Assembly (NCBI GenBank): GCA_964035545.1 | Contig: OZ037767.1 | Coordinates: 11,790,581-11,854,580 of the forward strand | Origin: Bugula neritina | Taxonomy: Eukaryota > Animalia > Bryozoa | DNA: 64,000 nt | Direction of reading: 5' to 3' | Shown here: one piece after another, positions 42,416 through 56,996 of the stretch | How the letters are laid out: the number at the start of each line of letters is the position of its first letter | How positions within the stretch are numbered: position 1 is the first letter of the stretch | Translations under genes and position numbers: made by a program | Notes under the pieces: model-generated | Seen by the model: the letters and a program-made list of their open reading frames with translations, nothing else | Told to the model about the DNA's origin: nothing | The model's database searches: none

Positions 42416-42933
42416 TATATGCTAGTATATTATAATACTTGCTGTAGTTTACAACTGTTGGAGAGTTTATTACTGTAGTTGTGTGTTAAAAGTTTGTCTA
42501 GCAGCAGTATTTATCATTTTTCTAGCTTCAATGTTTACTCACTAAGATCAGTTGATTTAAAATTTATATATATGACATATTTCAAAGATAGTCTGAGGCA
42601 ACTCTTTAATTTGTGCCTGTTGTGAGAGTCTAACATGCAATTTATCCAAATTATATTTAATATAAATATTCTGTGAAACACATTGATAGTTCTAAAATTT
42701 TAAGTTTGTTGTAAAACGCCATGCGTATGGGAAATTATAAGCTTTTACCTTAACTTGAGTTGATACTCTTTTGCTATAATTTTAGATAAATGTTTTTTGT
42801 GATGCATGAGAAACCAAAGACAGTTGTGCAAAAGCTTATAAGATATTTGTAAGTATTTTCTGCTATAAATATACGTATGTCATCGTCTGCACGAATAATA
42901 AAGGCAGCTACTTTTCTGATACAATATTATAGT

Positions 42934-45900
42934 AATCAGTCATTTCATGAGCTGCTTCTGTATTAAATAAATATAAAATACTATACCTCAAAACTTTGAT
43001 ATGTTGGTGCTAAAGACAACACAATATTTCCTAAATTCAATAATTTATATAAAAGCAAATTTCTATAAGCTGTTGGCTGTTGAAGTTTCACATTTAAGAA
43101 TTTTAGACATTATTCATTTATTGATATTTTAGTTATGAACCTCCACAAAGTCCAAACACATTGGAACATGAGCCAATCGAATCAACTGAACTACTTCTTG
43201 CTGACTGCACATCCTTCAGGAATGAGTCTGTCAAAGAGACAAGTTCAGCCATAGCCTTCATTACTTCATTCCACTCATCTTTTTGGAAACACTTTTGTAA
43301 ATTGCTGGTGCATCAAATTCCTTTTCTTTTTCAATTGCTGGCAATGTATGGATGTGTACTTTGTAACTTTCCACTGCATGAATCGTGTTTATCTTTTTCT
43401 GCAGCTTCAGCACTAAATATGTTAATGCATGTCAAAGGTGGCCACATCAGGGGCAGCTTCTTTGTGCTGTCAATATATAGATGCTGGCGCTTTTTCTTCG
43501 ATGACTGAACTCAGGTTAGGTTTAAACAATTTTTTGTTGCAATTGTAACACCCTTGTTGATTATTTCATTGACAAGAGCTTTTCTCTGTAATAATTCCTC
43601 GTCATTGACTTGAGCGTGGAAAGGTGTTTGTTCATTCATAGTGACTTTCAGCTGAATCTCATCATCATTCTGTGCTGCCTTCAACTTAGGAATTGCTGCT
43701 GTCGTTGAATCCGATTTGTTGTTGTCGATATTATGAGAAGCCTTTCCTTGTTTATTCATCATAGGTGTTTCTTTGTTAGCCATAGATGGAAATTGGGAGT
43801 CTTTAACCTCTACCTCCTTGTCTACTGGCGTAGCATTTGTGGCTAAGGGGACACTAGGGTTTATGTGACTGAAACACTCGTGGAGCTTGACTCCGTAAAT
43901 TCTCTGCCTGAAAAAGTCATCTAAATTAGCGAGTTTGTTACCTTTCGCTCTCTTCTTTTGCCTTCTGCTTTGAGAGTTGTCTTGCTGGTTGTTGACGCCA
44001 GAATTGGTGGCACTTGAGAAATCGGGTTGCAGGTTGCTTCTGATAGACACTTGTCACTCTGAAAATTGGTATCGTCTGGTGTTTTCGTATCATTCTGGCT
44101 TCGGTTTGTTGGGTTGACATGTTTAATGACTAAAGTTAAACATATTAGGTACTTTGCTTTTATTTTCAAAATTTATATTCAGTTTTTTTATTCAAAGCAA
44201 AACAACTATCCTAAAAATGCTTGTTTCGAATCCCCACATTAAGATTATTCAAATGTATGCATGTTCCGCTATGATTTTTCAATGAAAATGCTTACCTACT
44301 TTGAATGCCAGTGATTTGAAGATTCAATGTCTGTTTGTTTCCACCTTGAATAGATGGGACACTGGTTTAAGTTTTACCATCCTGAGCAAATATTACATTG
44401 GTTTGTGTGCTCCCATTTGCAGCAGATTGATTGTGGCAACGTCAAGTTGACTGCTTATTTTATGGGTCTCATTTCTATTTGTTTGACTTGAAGCAACACA
44501 AACCATTTTGCTATTTGTTTGAACAAATAGTCCACAAGTTTCTTTTACCTTTGTTCGTGTGAAAGCTGCTGCAGTCCTTTTGAATGGCTTTTTTGTGTGA
44601 GATTGACATCAGCTAAATACACAAGATGACAAATGGAAAGTGCATCTTCTTCTTAAACTCCGAATCCTCAATTGTTTCACATATAGGCAGTTTCTATTTT
44701 TAGTGTTCGTGAGATAAATATTAGAATTATTGATCCATTTAAAAACTGGCAAGAAATGCTGTTGAAGCAATTTTCTTAGTTTATATTATAGGAATCAGTC
44801 ATTTCATGAGCTGCTCCTGTATTAACTAACTATAAAATATTATGCTCCAAAACTTTGATATGTTGGCGCTAAAGACAACACAATATTTTTTAAATTTAAT
44901 AATTTATATAAAAGCAAATTTTTATAAACTGTTGGCTGTTGAAGTTTCACATTTGAAAATTTTAGACATTATTCATTTATTCATGATTTAGTTATGAACC
45001 CCTATATAGTCCAAACACATTGGAACATACTGAACTACTTCTTGCTGACACATCCTTTAGGAATGAGTCTGTCAAAGAGACAAGTTCAGCCATAGCCTTC
45101 ATTACTTCATTCCACTCATGTTTTTGGAAACACTTTTGTAAATTGCTGGTGCATCAAATTCCTTTTCTTTTTCAATTGCTGGCAATGTATGAATGTGTAC
45201 TTTGTAATTTTCCACTACATGAATCTTGTTTATCTTTTTCTGCAGCTTCAACACTAAATATGTTAATGCATGTCAAAGGTGGCCACATCAGGGGCAGCTT
45301 CTTTTGTGCTGTCAATATTACATGCTGGCTCTTTTTCTTCGATGACTGAACTCAGGCTAGGTATAAACAATTTTTTGTTGCATCTGTAACAGCATTGTTG
45401 ATTATTTCATTGACAAGAGCTTTTCTCTGTAATAATTCCTCACCATTGACTTGAGCATGGAAAGGTGTTTGTGCATTCATAGTGACTTTCAGCTGAATCT
45501 CATCATCATTCTGTGCTGCCTTCCACTCAGGAATTGCTGCTGTCGTTGAATCTGATTTGTTGTTGCTGATATTATGAGAAGCTTTTCCTTGTTTATTCAT
45601 TATAGGTGTTTCTTTGTTAGCCATAGAAGAAAATTGCAGTCTTTTACCTCTACCTCCTTGTCTACTGGCGTAGCATTTGTGGCTAAGGAGACACTAGGGT
45701 TTATACAGCTGTCATTTCTGTTTACTGGCTTAGGTTCTGTGACTGAAACACTCGTGGAGCTTGACTCTGTAGATACAAGTTTATCCAGACAGCTCTCTGC
45801 CTAAAAAATTCATCTAGATTAGCAAGTTTTGTTACCCTTATTTCTCTTTTTTTGCCATCTCTTTAGGAGTTGTCTTCCTGGTTGTTGGCGCCAGAATTGG

Positions 45901-46285
45901 TGGCACTTGAAAAATAGGGTTGCAGGTTGCTGCTGATAGACACTTGTCACTCTGAAAATTGGTATCGTCTGGTATTTTCGCATTATTCTGGCTTTGGTTT
46001 GTTGGGTTTACTGGTTTAGTGGCTAAAGTTAAACATATTACTTTACTTTATTCTCAAAATTTCTATTCAATATTTTTATTTAAAGCAAAACAACTATCAT
46101 AAAAATGCTTGTTTTGAATCCGAACATTAGGATTATTAAAAGGTATGTTTCCCTATGCTTGTTCATTGAAAATGCTTACTTTGAATGCCAGTGGTTTAAA
46201 GATTCAATGTTTGTATGTTTCCATTTTAAGTGAATGGGACACTGGTTTGGCTTTTACAATCCTGAGTAGATGTTGCATTGGTTTA
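42934..46285 (-). repeat. Nested ~1.9-kb tandem repeat, 2 copies (starts ~42934, ~44793)
   Basis: Same repeat and peptides as 8369-13640. Confidence 0.92.
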
Positions 46286-49200
46286 AGTTTCCCCATTCTG
46301 AGTATTTTAATTTTAATTAGATACTGTGTTCGTAATTGCGGTTATATATACGACAAATTAACATTTTATAAGCTGCTGAGCCACAGATGTTGAAAATTGG
46401 GAAAATGTTTGCTTATGTTGCAAGTTTTATGCAAGTCTTTTTCGCTTATGATGCAAGTTTTATAAGCTAATCTTAGAATATATTATTTTGTTGCTGGATG
46501 TTAAAATAAAACTGTACGCATGTCATTTGACACAAATGTTTACTGTTCCCAATGATAACTAGTACTAGCTTGGTTTAATTTTTTAGAAGAACAAAATTTT
46601 ATGTGAATCTCTACATAGTGCGTATGAATATGTTATTTATCTATATATGAAATGGTAATAAACAAAAATTAAAAACATATATGTTAGATTGTGTTATTAT
46701 ATATTTATTTGAAGTCATCTCCACACATTATAATCTTTTCATTGCTGTTTATACTCTCAATTCTAGCTGTCTCTTCTGCATTAGGCCCTTTTGCCTCTCA
46801 ATTTCCTAATCTTCTCTCCCAGGTCTCCCTTTTTAAAAACACCAAACAAGTATTTACATGCATTTGCTATATAACATGCAATCCTACCAATAATACAGAG
46901 TTAAAATTGGAGATTATGCAATGAAGGTAACAACTAACAACATAATGTTGGGTAGTAAAAGCAAAGGCATCAAAACAAAATATTGAGCCAACCAAGATCT
47001 TGGGGTTAATGGGGGGGGGGGGGGGGGACACAACATTCATAGGGGTACAAAAAGTTGGCCAAATTGTGAGAGAACTTATTGACTTAGAGTTGTGATTTTT
47101 GAAAAAAAAGGTATTGACATATTTATTCAGTCATTGTAGTTTCAACACTTGTGGAGCATACATGTTGAAGAGGCGAGTCAAAAACTGTTTTTATCTACTT
47201 TTCGTAATTTTTTAAGATGTCGTTAAAGCTTTATAACTTTTTACACACATGAGCTTTCTGCATTTCCGCTCAGCATGTTGCCTGCATGAAAATGCGCACA
47301 CAACAGCCCATTTTGAGGCTAGATGAATTCCTGCGTGTGGCCCTATGCTTAAAGTTACAATTTTTTCATAACATTGTGTAGAAAACTTTTATTTGCCATC
47401 AGTTTTAACAAATAATTTTGTTTAAAATTGTTTTTCTGCAATTTATCAGCATGTTTCTGTCAGCTCATTTTTGTGGGAAGATTCCAGACTGGTGTCCCTC
47501 TTCTGGCAGAGTAGGGGGTATATACCACTTAGTCATACATCTTGTAGGAGCGAACTAGTCTCTCCTCTTCCCACAATTTCCAGTGCAGTTGCTGTATCTT
47601 TAAGACCTGCTCTGCTACATTCACCCTTTCCTTAACATAGACATACAATACAGAAAAATTTCTGATCAGATTATATTTGATATAGGACTTTATAAATATG
47701 TTACACAATACATGAATGGTTGCCTTCCTGCATGTTTTCAATGTATTTCTTCAATTTTTCATACGAGAGGTAAAGAGATAAAGGATACATTTTATGCATG
47801 ATCTCTTATGTATTATGTAAAGCTCTACCTAGTACATATAGTGTGTATGAGTTTATGTTTATGCATAAGTAATATTAGGTTGATAAGTAAAAATGGGTTA
47901 TATGTTGGATAATGTTATATATTGATTTTGCATTACACCCCACATTAAATAATTAGTGTTCATAACTGCATGGGGAGACAATTACTTCAAAACTCTCTAT
48001 TGCTGTTGTGGTGGGTTTTTGCAATTTTGAGTATTGTAAACTCACCAAATGATATATATGTTGTGGCCTTCGGGTGAGCTTGGGGGTCAGCGTACAGTTA
48101 CGAGTTAATGGCTTGGCTGCAACGTAACTCTAGCTCCCGTCCGTCCGTAGGGGCAAAGTTGATACTTCGAGTTAGGGTAGTTGGCTGGTGGTGTTCCTCA
48201 GTCTATGATCCTGGGCTAGCACTCACTAACGTACCCTAACACATTCTAATTGGGTCGCATGCATTCTATGAAAATTTCCTCAATCAGTCTACAATCCCCA
48301 ATTCTCCCATTTACACTAGGTTTTGTAGCTACAAGACTCACCCAGCCACACCCAATATCTATACCAATCTCAGAGTTGTGCACCCCACACATACAAGAAC
48401 AAGAAGAGACAACTACAGAGACTTAAAAATCCCGATATAACATTGCTACACCGGATTGCAGCTGTTGGGCTCAAGGTACACACTGTTATTTAAAATGCGC
48501 ACAACTTGAATAAATTTTCAGTTTCATTTATTAAAAATAATGTGGATATTAACTACTATATTATCTTAAATAGAAACAGTATAGACGTAGAACACGAATA
48601 AATATAAAGTCAAAATTTTTTAAAAATAATATCAAAAAACTCGACAATTAAATAAAAAATTAACACATACATTTTATGTTTGAGTTTCCGTTATATAGAA
48701 ATAACTTGAATTAAATTAAGTAAGAATTAAACCAAGCAACTTCTGATGACAAAAAGTGCCCAGTAGTTTACAAATGTCTTAGAATAAGTTTGCTAATAAC
48801 AATACACCATTCATTTATTAATGCTGAGCTAAGTAAGACAACACTAAAAGTAATTCGAACTAAAGTAAAAATTACATCACTATCAAACTGCAAACCAAAT
48901 GAATTAAAACCTTTACAAACAGACAAATCTAAAGTATAAATATGCAAAGAATATATTAAAAATATAGATGGAATCAAATAATAGATAGTGGAATGTGAAG
49001 ATGAAATAAATCTTTTAATCAGAATAAACAAACAAACAATATCATCTGTGTTTTGAGCAAACAAAATATTATGATACTTTAAACAATATAAATATAATAT
49101 ATCTGATTATGTTAAACAGGCTTAAGTAGTGGACCTAACTACAATAATATTTCAATAAACTATGTGACTTTAATAAAGACTATCCAATGCAAATGTGTAT

Positions 49201-49353
49201 ACTAAAATGTATCTTCATACTATTATGTTATAGTCAAAACATTGATAACTACAAATATTACATAGAATTTATATTAGGCTACATTTGTTGAGGTTAATAA
49301 ACCTGTTCGACCTCCTTACAATAGTATGAGTAAACCATAGACTGAGTCCAGTA

Positions 49354-52300
49354 TTACATCCAGGGTCCCCAAACACCTCCCCTCAGACTGGGGTCGCAGT
49401 TCTTATCAATAGGAGGGTAGTTTACTGGTACAGCAGTTGCATTCCATTTAGCAAGTCTCTGCAGCATCATGTCTACTAACTCAGGATGTGATTGGCTGAG
49501 ATCATTTCTCTCCTCCGGATCTTTTGCTATGTTGAACAGGTAGACATTCTGGTCTGATGATGAGACGTAGTACTGGTTGGGTTTCAGATCTGAATAAACA
49601 GTTTAATCAAAATAAATGCTTGAGAACACTGTAATAGTGATATGAGCTTAAATTACTTACGAGCACATGACGGCTTTAGCCAATAATATAAATACATGTT
49701 TTACATAATACTATGTTATGTTACATTGCTTTTTCAGACTTTATGCTGGCTCATAAAGTGAGTGGTTTGGCTGATGAAAAGGAGGATATATTAATGAATA
49801 TATTTTAAAGAAATGTGCCTAGTTGTGAAGTGTAAAACAAATAAAGATGCCTATTGATTATAAATATAACAGAACTCACAAAGAAATGAACACAGACGAC
49901 ATGATTATTAGTACAGCTGAGTTTGATATATCACTCTACTTTCAATATCCAATTCATCCAAAGATTTAATTTTGAATTATAGTTATGAAACCTCTATTAA
50001 ACACGCACTAAATGTTTGACTTGACCCCTTGAGTCACCTTTGCAAAATAAAATGTATTTGAAAGTGACAATGGTTTAAACATAAATCATACTTAAATTTA
50101 ATTCTATACAAGAAAAAATAGTATCAAAATTACAGCACTAAAATAGTCGAAGATGAGCAGATTTCTAGACATTAAAAAGGAGATTTGAATAAAAATAATC
50201 ATAAAATGGGTCATGTTGATTTCACTCACAGTAATATTACTGGAATATAAACTCCTTAGTTATACTTCAGTGAGCTGTACTTACAAAAAGGAGAGGTTGG
50301 CTCAGGCACCCACTTGTCATACCCAGGATCACCTGTCAGTACTTTATAGTCTCCAAACCTAAGAGCCGCCTGCACCGACGTGTCAAACACTGTAGACACA
50401 GACTTGCCCCTTCTTCGCGACTTGGGATCAATATTGTAGATTATTTCCTGCAAATTTGTAATATGATAAAAAGCAAGTAATAAACATACAGACAAGTAAA
50501 TAAAAAAGTTGACCAGCTTCAATGCTACATGCCTGTTAACAATGTTTTTTCTGTTTCCACTGTAGACTAAATAGCAAAAGACAAAAAAATTAACAAAAAT
50601 AAAGAACGAGGAATAAACAAAACACCAAATCGAAGTTCTTCACAGTTATAAGCATTTGGCAAAGCCTGTGTAGCACTTTGAGTACTGATTATGTGATGAA
50701 CTCAAACTAGTAACTTCACAAATATGTTAGAAACAAATATATGAATATTCTAATGACATATTTTTCATAAAACAGCAGTTAGATGTTCAAATTGCTTATA
50801 TAGCTTACTAACAAGAAAATGTTAAATTATACAAAATATAGTTTTAGTTTACAAAATGAATGACAAAAAATAGACAATTTTTACGCCTCTGTCGGATGTC
50901 TATTCAACAATAAAATAGTAAACTTTTCACAAATCAAGTCAGAAAAGCAAAAGAAACAAACTCTAGTGCACCTTTCTGATTAGCAATTTTTGCAGTAATC
51001 TATTTTTCGAACTGTATGAAATGGGTGAACAACTCTTACAATGTCCAGAGACTTGTTACATACACAAGGGTGTGCAGATGGTGGGTAGTAAAAAAGAAAG
51101 ATATCAAGTGACAGATATTATCAGAATGCTTCTACACCAACCAAAGAAATACAATACAGAGAAATCAAAATAACGGAAAAGAATCATCACTGAAGGAGAC
51201 GCTGATATCTAAGACAGTTTTGGAAACACTGAGGGGGCCACACAGAAAAATGAAATTAGGCTTTAAAAATTGTAAAGTTAGTCACATTCATTATTAAAAA
51301 AATAATAAAAACTGACAGAAAAAGCAATACCACAACTACTATGAACATTAAACATTTGCAATTAACAGATGAGTTCTACTAAATTATGTCTTGAAGGCAA
51401 TGCAGATCTGCAGAATACACGATGGGGACAGTCAAGTCACAAAAAAACAAGCAACAAATTAAAGAGATCATGGTATGTGCTCCAGAATTCAGCACTGGTA
51501 TCGGAAAAACAAAAACTTGCAGTGAAACTGAAACTGTCCATGCTTGTATACAATTGAGATACTCTAAAGTATAAATGGCTACATTAGGTTCATGAGTTAA
51601 AACCTCATAACAAAACTCTGTAGACACAAATATGAAGCAAGTTGTCTGAGAAAATAGTGCACAATTGAAGTGATCGAGAGACTGAGTATAAATAGCTGAA
51701 ATTTGATTGAGTGAGGAATTAAAACTATTACAAAGAAACAGAGGAGGCCGTATCTAATATTTAGACAAATTTTTAAAATGATGGTCCTAACTAACTGAAG
51801 CCTTACATCTCTGGGGCTCGTTGCATTGTTCACTATGGAACTCCACACATCATATCCATCTGGTTTAGTCCCATTCAATGAGCCACCAACCAGATTGATT
51901 AAAGTAGGGAACCAATCAGATACATGCATTAGTTGGTGGTTTATAACTCCAGGTGTCTTTATTACTGGACCAGAGACAAAACCCACTCCTTTAATACCTG
52001 AAAAAAAAACACGCTAGAGTACAACAAACTGTTGCATCTTTTAAAAAATTCAACATAAAAATGTATGCATAAGACTGAAAAAAAATAAAATATTGCTCTT
52101 GTCCAGAAAATAGCCATGTATACTAACACAGCAATAATATAAGGTAGCATTAGATAGACAACAAGTTAAAGTAGCTAGGAGAAAACTGCAGATACGGAGT
52201 AAAGCATATCTAGCTATTTTAATTAAAAGAAAGTTCTAGATACACCATGTAGCAATTTGAAGGCAATGTTTCAGCACAGAATATACATAGATCAATGTGC

Positions 52301-55300
52301 TACCTCCTTCAAAATAAGAAGCTTTATTTCCACGATAAGGTGCATTATTTCCTCCTGCAAACACCTGACCCCCATTGTCATTGGTGAATATTATCAGAGT
52401 GTTATCCCACAGCCCAGAGTTTTTCAACGTCTCAGTGATGTTCCCAACACCCTCATCCATTGCTGTAACACAAACCCCAAGTCACATATATGGCTGTAAA
52501 ATATAGCAACAGTATCAGCGGCCTTTTGCTAGTAAATAAGCAATTAGAAGTGGATGCATTATTAAGGGTTTTAGGTAAAAATGGCACAGATAAAAATGGC
52601 ACAGGTAATAATGACACCGGTAATTAGGGCACAAGTGGAAAAGTAGGAAAAATGGCATACTGATGTTAAATTTTCCTAAACCCCAAAAACCTCAGTTCTC
52701 TTAAACCCTCATCGTAAACAATCAACCCCAAACCTTAATATTGAAAGTGTGCCATTTTTACCTACTTTGCCATTTGTGCCATTATTACCACTGCCATTTT
52801 TACCAGACACCGTTATTAAGCTAATGATTAAAGTAAACAGATTTCATCAACAGACTAAATGAGGTCAGACATTGAATGTTAGGTTGCTATGCAACAGGTG
52901 AGAATGTACTGCCTAAAGTGATGTCTAAGTTATTTGAAGCAAGCAATTTTAATGAAACTACCAGAAGCAATGAAACAGCAAGTTGAACTCAAATATTGAA
53001 AAAAAATTAGATTTTTACTATAGAATTTATTCCAACTTTATGTAAATAAAAACTGTTTATGCATAATGCTGTTAATAAAAATTATATATTTTGAAAGTAA
53101 AGCTGCAAAAAGCGTTATAAAATATTAGAGCTCAACTTTTAGATAAAATTTGAATTATCATTGCTAATATTCATCTTAAGCCATTGTAGCTGGTATAAAA
53201 ATGTTTTCTGCACTCTTATCAATACAGCTGAGCTTCACAAATTTGCCAGTAAAAAGTTCTCTTATCAACACCATTGTGTCTGGCAATACTGGAGTAACAA
53301 CAACTACCTATCTGGTGATCACATGATGCTAAAGCTGATAGCAGAAAATTGATGACCAAAACAACCCAAAAGTATATATACTGACAGTCTAGATTCAGCT
53401 AACCCTTACCCTCACCTTGTTTACGCAAGTTGTCAAAGTTAAAGGCAATTACCTATTTTCTGGCAGGTTACTGTGTAAAGCTAGATCACAATTGTGCTTA
53501 AATACCCTTTCCTACAAATCTAAAATATGCTTAAAACACATCATATTCCAAAAATAATAGTTTCAAATTGTTATGAAAAAATGAAACAGCCTATAATCCA
53601 AATACCTCACCGATCCTCAATTAATAATAAACTTCAAGGGTCTAGCAAATCTTGGGACTTAATAATTAGTCATCCTACTCAAAGTTCTGTAACTACTAAT
53701 ACTGTAAGCACTGTGTAGTATGAGTCCAGTTGAAAGATAAATTACCAGAATGAAGAGTAAACACAACTGTGAAAAAGTGGCGATGATGCAAGTGACACAA
53801 TGGTAATGTTACCTGCAACCATTGCAGCAAACGTCCTTCTGTTCCTATCTCTAATAAACTGGAACTTTTCTTCATAGATACTGGGAACCTAAGAAATGAT
53901 GAATTGAACAAGCATTGCAGTATTGAATACTAAAGTATTGGAAGAGTATTGAATATTAAATTAATATTGGGTATTGAAATATTTATTGAGGCAGCCCCTT
54001 ATACAATGAACACACTTAGTAAAAAGAAAAATCCAATTACTTATACCTGAAGCGGAGTGTGGACACTTTGATACGGGAGGTAGAGAAACAGTGGACTACC
54101 TTTCTGGTGAGATTCTATGATAGACTGAGCTCTCTTAGTAAACTCAAAGGCGGAGTACCTCCCATATGATTGGTTGTGGGGTTTGAGATTGTCATGGAAA
54201 TCCAGGCCATGGAAGCCAGATTCAGCCCTGAATAATGATAAAACATAGCATGTAAGAAAGAGTTACAAGATAATTCATTACAAAAGAAATTAAACTTCAG
54301 AGTAAAAATATAAGTTCTTTGGTCATAAAACCAATCATCTTCAGAGTAAAATCCAAAGCACTACAAGTTCTACTAAAGCCATTGGTACTATACTAATACT
54401 AGCCGGGATACTAATACTACAGGTGCTATTAGAGTCACTAGCACACTAGTCGGAGTACTAAAGACCTGTACTATTTGGGCCATTCGTATGAATAGTTCAC
54501 CAGGAAGATGGTAGTTTCATTTTCCATATGACAAATAAAAATTTCAATACATTTGTTGCAATGAACATATAAAAAGGTTATTCCATGAAACCTTATGTGT
54601 GTGTAGTAGTCCTCAGACCCCAACAAGTAGCCAAAGAAGGAATCAAACCCTCTTTTAGTTGGTGTGTATTCTTCCTTGTAAAAACCAAGATGCCATTTCC
54701 CTACAAATGAGCTTACAATTAACAACTGTTTATCCATTAGTTCAAAAATGCTTGTAAACTTTAGTTTGGCAAACTGTATCCCAGCTTGCCCATTGACACC
54801 AGCAACACATTTTAGAAACACCTTGCGAATATATTAAGTTTATTCACTGATCTCAAATTTGTTTACATAAAACATGCTACAGGCTGTAATGGAGATATGC
54901 TAATATTTAAAAAAATAGAACTGATTGAAAACGTGGCACCTGTTATTTTTCTGTAAATCATTATTATAGCAATAGGGAGAGCAGCCAGGGTGTAAGGGGA
55001 TGTTAGCTGCCCTGGTGAACACAAGGTAAGTGGTCCGAGACTAAACACTTGCAGTAATGTTAGGAAATGCATCCAGTAAAAATTACTCCTGACCACATTA
55101 GAAAAAGTCCTTACCCGACTTTGAAAAACCTTTTCTATCAGGGGTTCTCACAGGAATAGCAACTATAAGCCTACAAAAACTTCTCTTAAAGGATTGCTCA
55201 ATCTTAGTTTATTACAATCACATTATAATTATGAACTATAATCTAATGTGTATGCAAACAATTGTGGCTTTGCAAAGGGATATGTGCCTAGAAAACAGCT

Positions 55301-56996
55301 TTTCAAAATTCCAATTTTGAGGGAGGTAAAATTTTCAGCCATGAAAAGGAATAGCCTAATACGTGACGTGTGAACGCCAGTAACTATGCTGCACGTGCTA
55401 ACTATAACGCTAGTATTCAAGGTTGCTGGGCACAACATCAACCAATAACGCTCAAGCAGTTACAGCGCGCTATATAGGTCAGCTTTGGTGTGCCCGTAAT
55501 ATTGCACAATCTGACCTAGTTTAGATTGATCGCAGGCATTCATCCTAAAGAATGCATGTTTTTGCAAGGCTTTTTTCTAATGTTTACAAGCAAAATATAG
55601 CCTAATGTTATCACATACATGTTATTTAAAATGTCAAAAAACTATAGATTGAGATAATTCACATTTGCACCTCTATAAATATACAAATTACAAGCTAAAA
55701 GATTACATCTCACAGTCATATTTCTATAGTTATTCATTTGTATAGTCACGTGACCAGCAGGAATGCTGGCGCTGTTACGTCACACTTCCCAGCTCATTTC
55801 AAAATCGGCGTTTTGGCTGTTACCAATCTACACCCTCAACTTCAACTAACTTTTTCTACCTTTGGTCAAATGCTTTTTGTCAATGCATGCTTAGAAAAAC
55901 ACAATATTATGTGTGTTTGACCTAAATGGCCATTTATTAGACAAGATAGAGCAATCCTTTAATAATCTAGCAATAGCCTATCTTACATACCAACTATATG
56001 TGTCTTGTATCCCACCTCTTTCAGTTTATCAGCCATCGTTCTATCTTCTAAAGGAAGTGCAGTGGGTACACATGGCATGATGACACCATGTTGTAAGCCA
56101 GTGTGAATCTGATACCGACCTGGAAACAGCATGAGAAATGATCAATCTTGCTCCTTCAGTGTCTAGCAACAAATATATATTACTTTATACCCAACAGCTT
56201 TTCAAAATTTCAATGATTTCCATAACTAGTGCAATCTTTTTTTAATCTACCTGAAAGCAATTGACTTCTGGTGGGGCTGCAAATTGGCTGAACATAATAA
56301 TTCTCCAGTTTGATTCCGTCTTTTGCCAGTTTGTCTAAATTGGGAGTTTTCAACTCACTGCCATGATATCCAATATCATTATACCCATAGTCATCTGCCA
56401 CTATAAACTGTGAACAGTATACAGTCACATGGTAACAAGTGAACTGATCTTAAAATAGCTTTTATATTTGTAGAGGTTTGTATATTTTGGATCTATAAAC
56501 AAGTAACTTGGCTAGAGATATCATTGACATTGTTAAGGTTTTTCATTTCGATGTCAAAAACTTAACTCACTAGCAAGTCCTATGAGTGCAACACAACTTC
56601 AAGCAAAGATTTGATTATACGGAGATAGCTTTTAGTAGACTTAAAGTACGTAGATTATGAAAGAGTAAAGGTGGTTGCTAAGGTAACACCATAAACATGT
56701 TGTTGGCCCTTTCAAATAACTGCTTGGCAAACCTTTAAAGTTTACAGTATTATACTACAATACTTATACAACTATAAAAGATTAAAGTACTACTTTCATT
56801 TCTTAGTAGCAGCTTAGCCTATCTAAGTAATTTTCTATATAAGTAGCATAAACGACACCTATGCATAAAATAAAGTATATTATCTACACAGATGACTGCA
56901 CCATGATTTAATACATACAACAATGTTGGGTGAATCCTGGGAAATAGAACTGACACTCCCACAGAATAGCAGAAGGAGAAACAATCTAACCGCCAT
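49354..56996 (-). CDS. ARSB: Arylsulfatase B-like sulfatase, complete, 10 coding exons, 492 aa
   Basis: Exons 56996-56919, 56407-56251, 56119-55991, 54700-54592, 54227-54047, 53888-53813, 52462-52304, 51997-51807, 50447-50285, 49589-49354. All GT-AG with compatible phases, total 1479 nt. Signal peptide [28 protein letters not shown] formylglycine motif, [21 protein letters not shown] versus ARSI/ARSJ orthology is not resolved. Confidence 0.93.
52567..52811. mobile_element. Intronic MITE with repetitive TIRs (Mutator-like)
   Basis: GGTTTTAGGTAAAAATGGCA... / ...TGCCATTTTTACCAGACACC with reiterated AAAATGGCAC. Flanks ATTATTAAG / GTTATTAAG form a 9-bp TSD with 1 mismatch. Confidence 0.75.
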
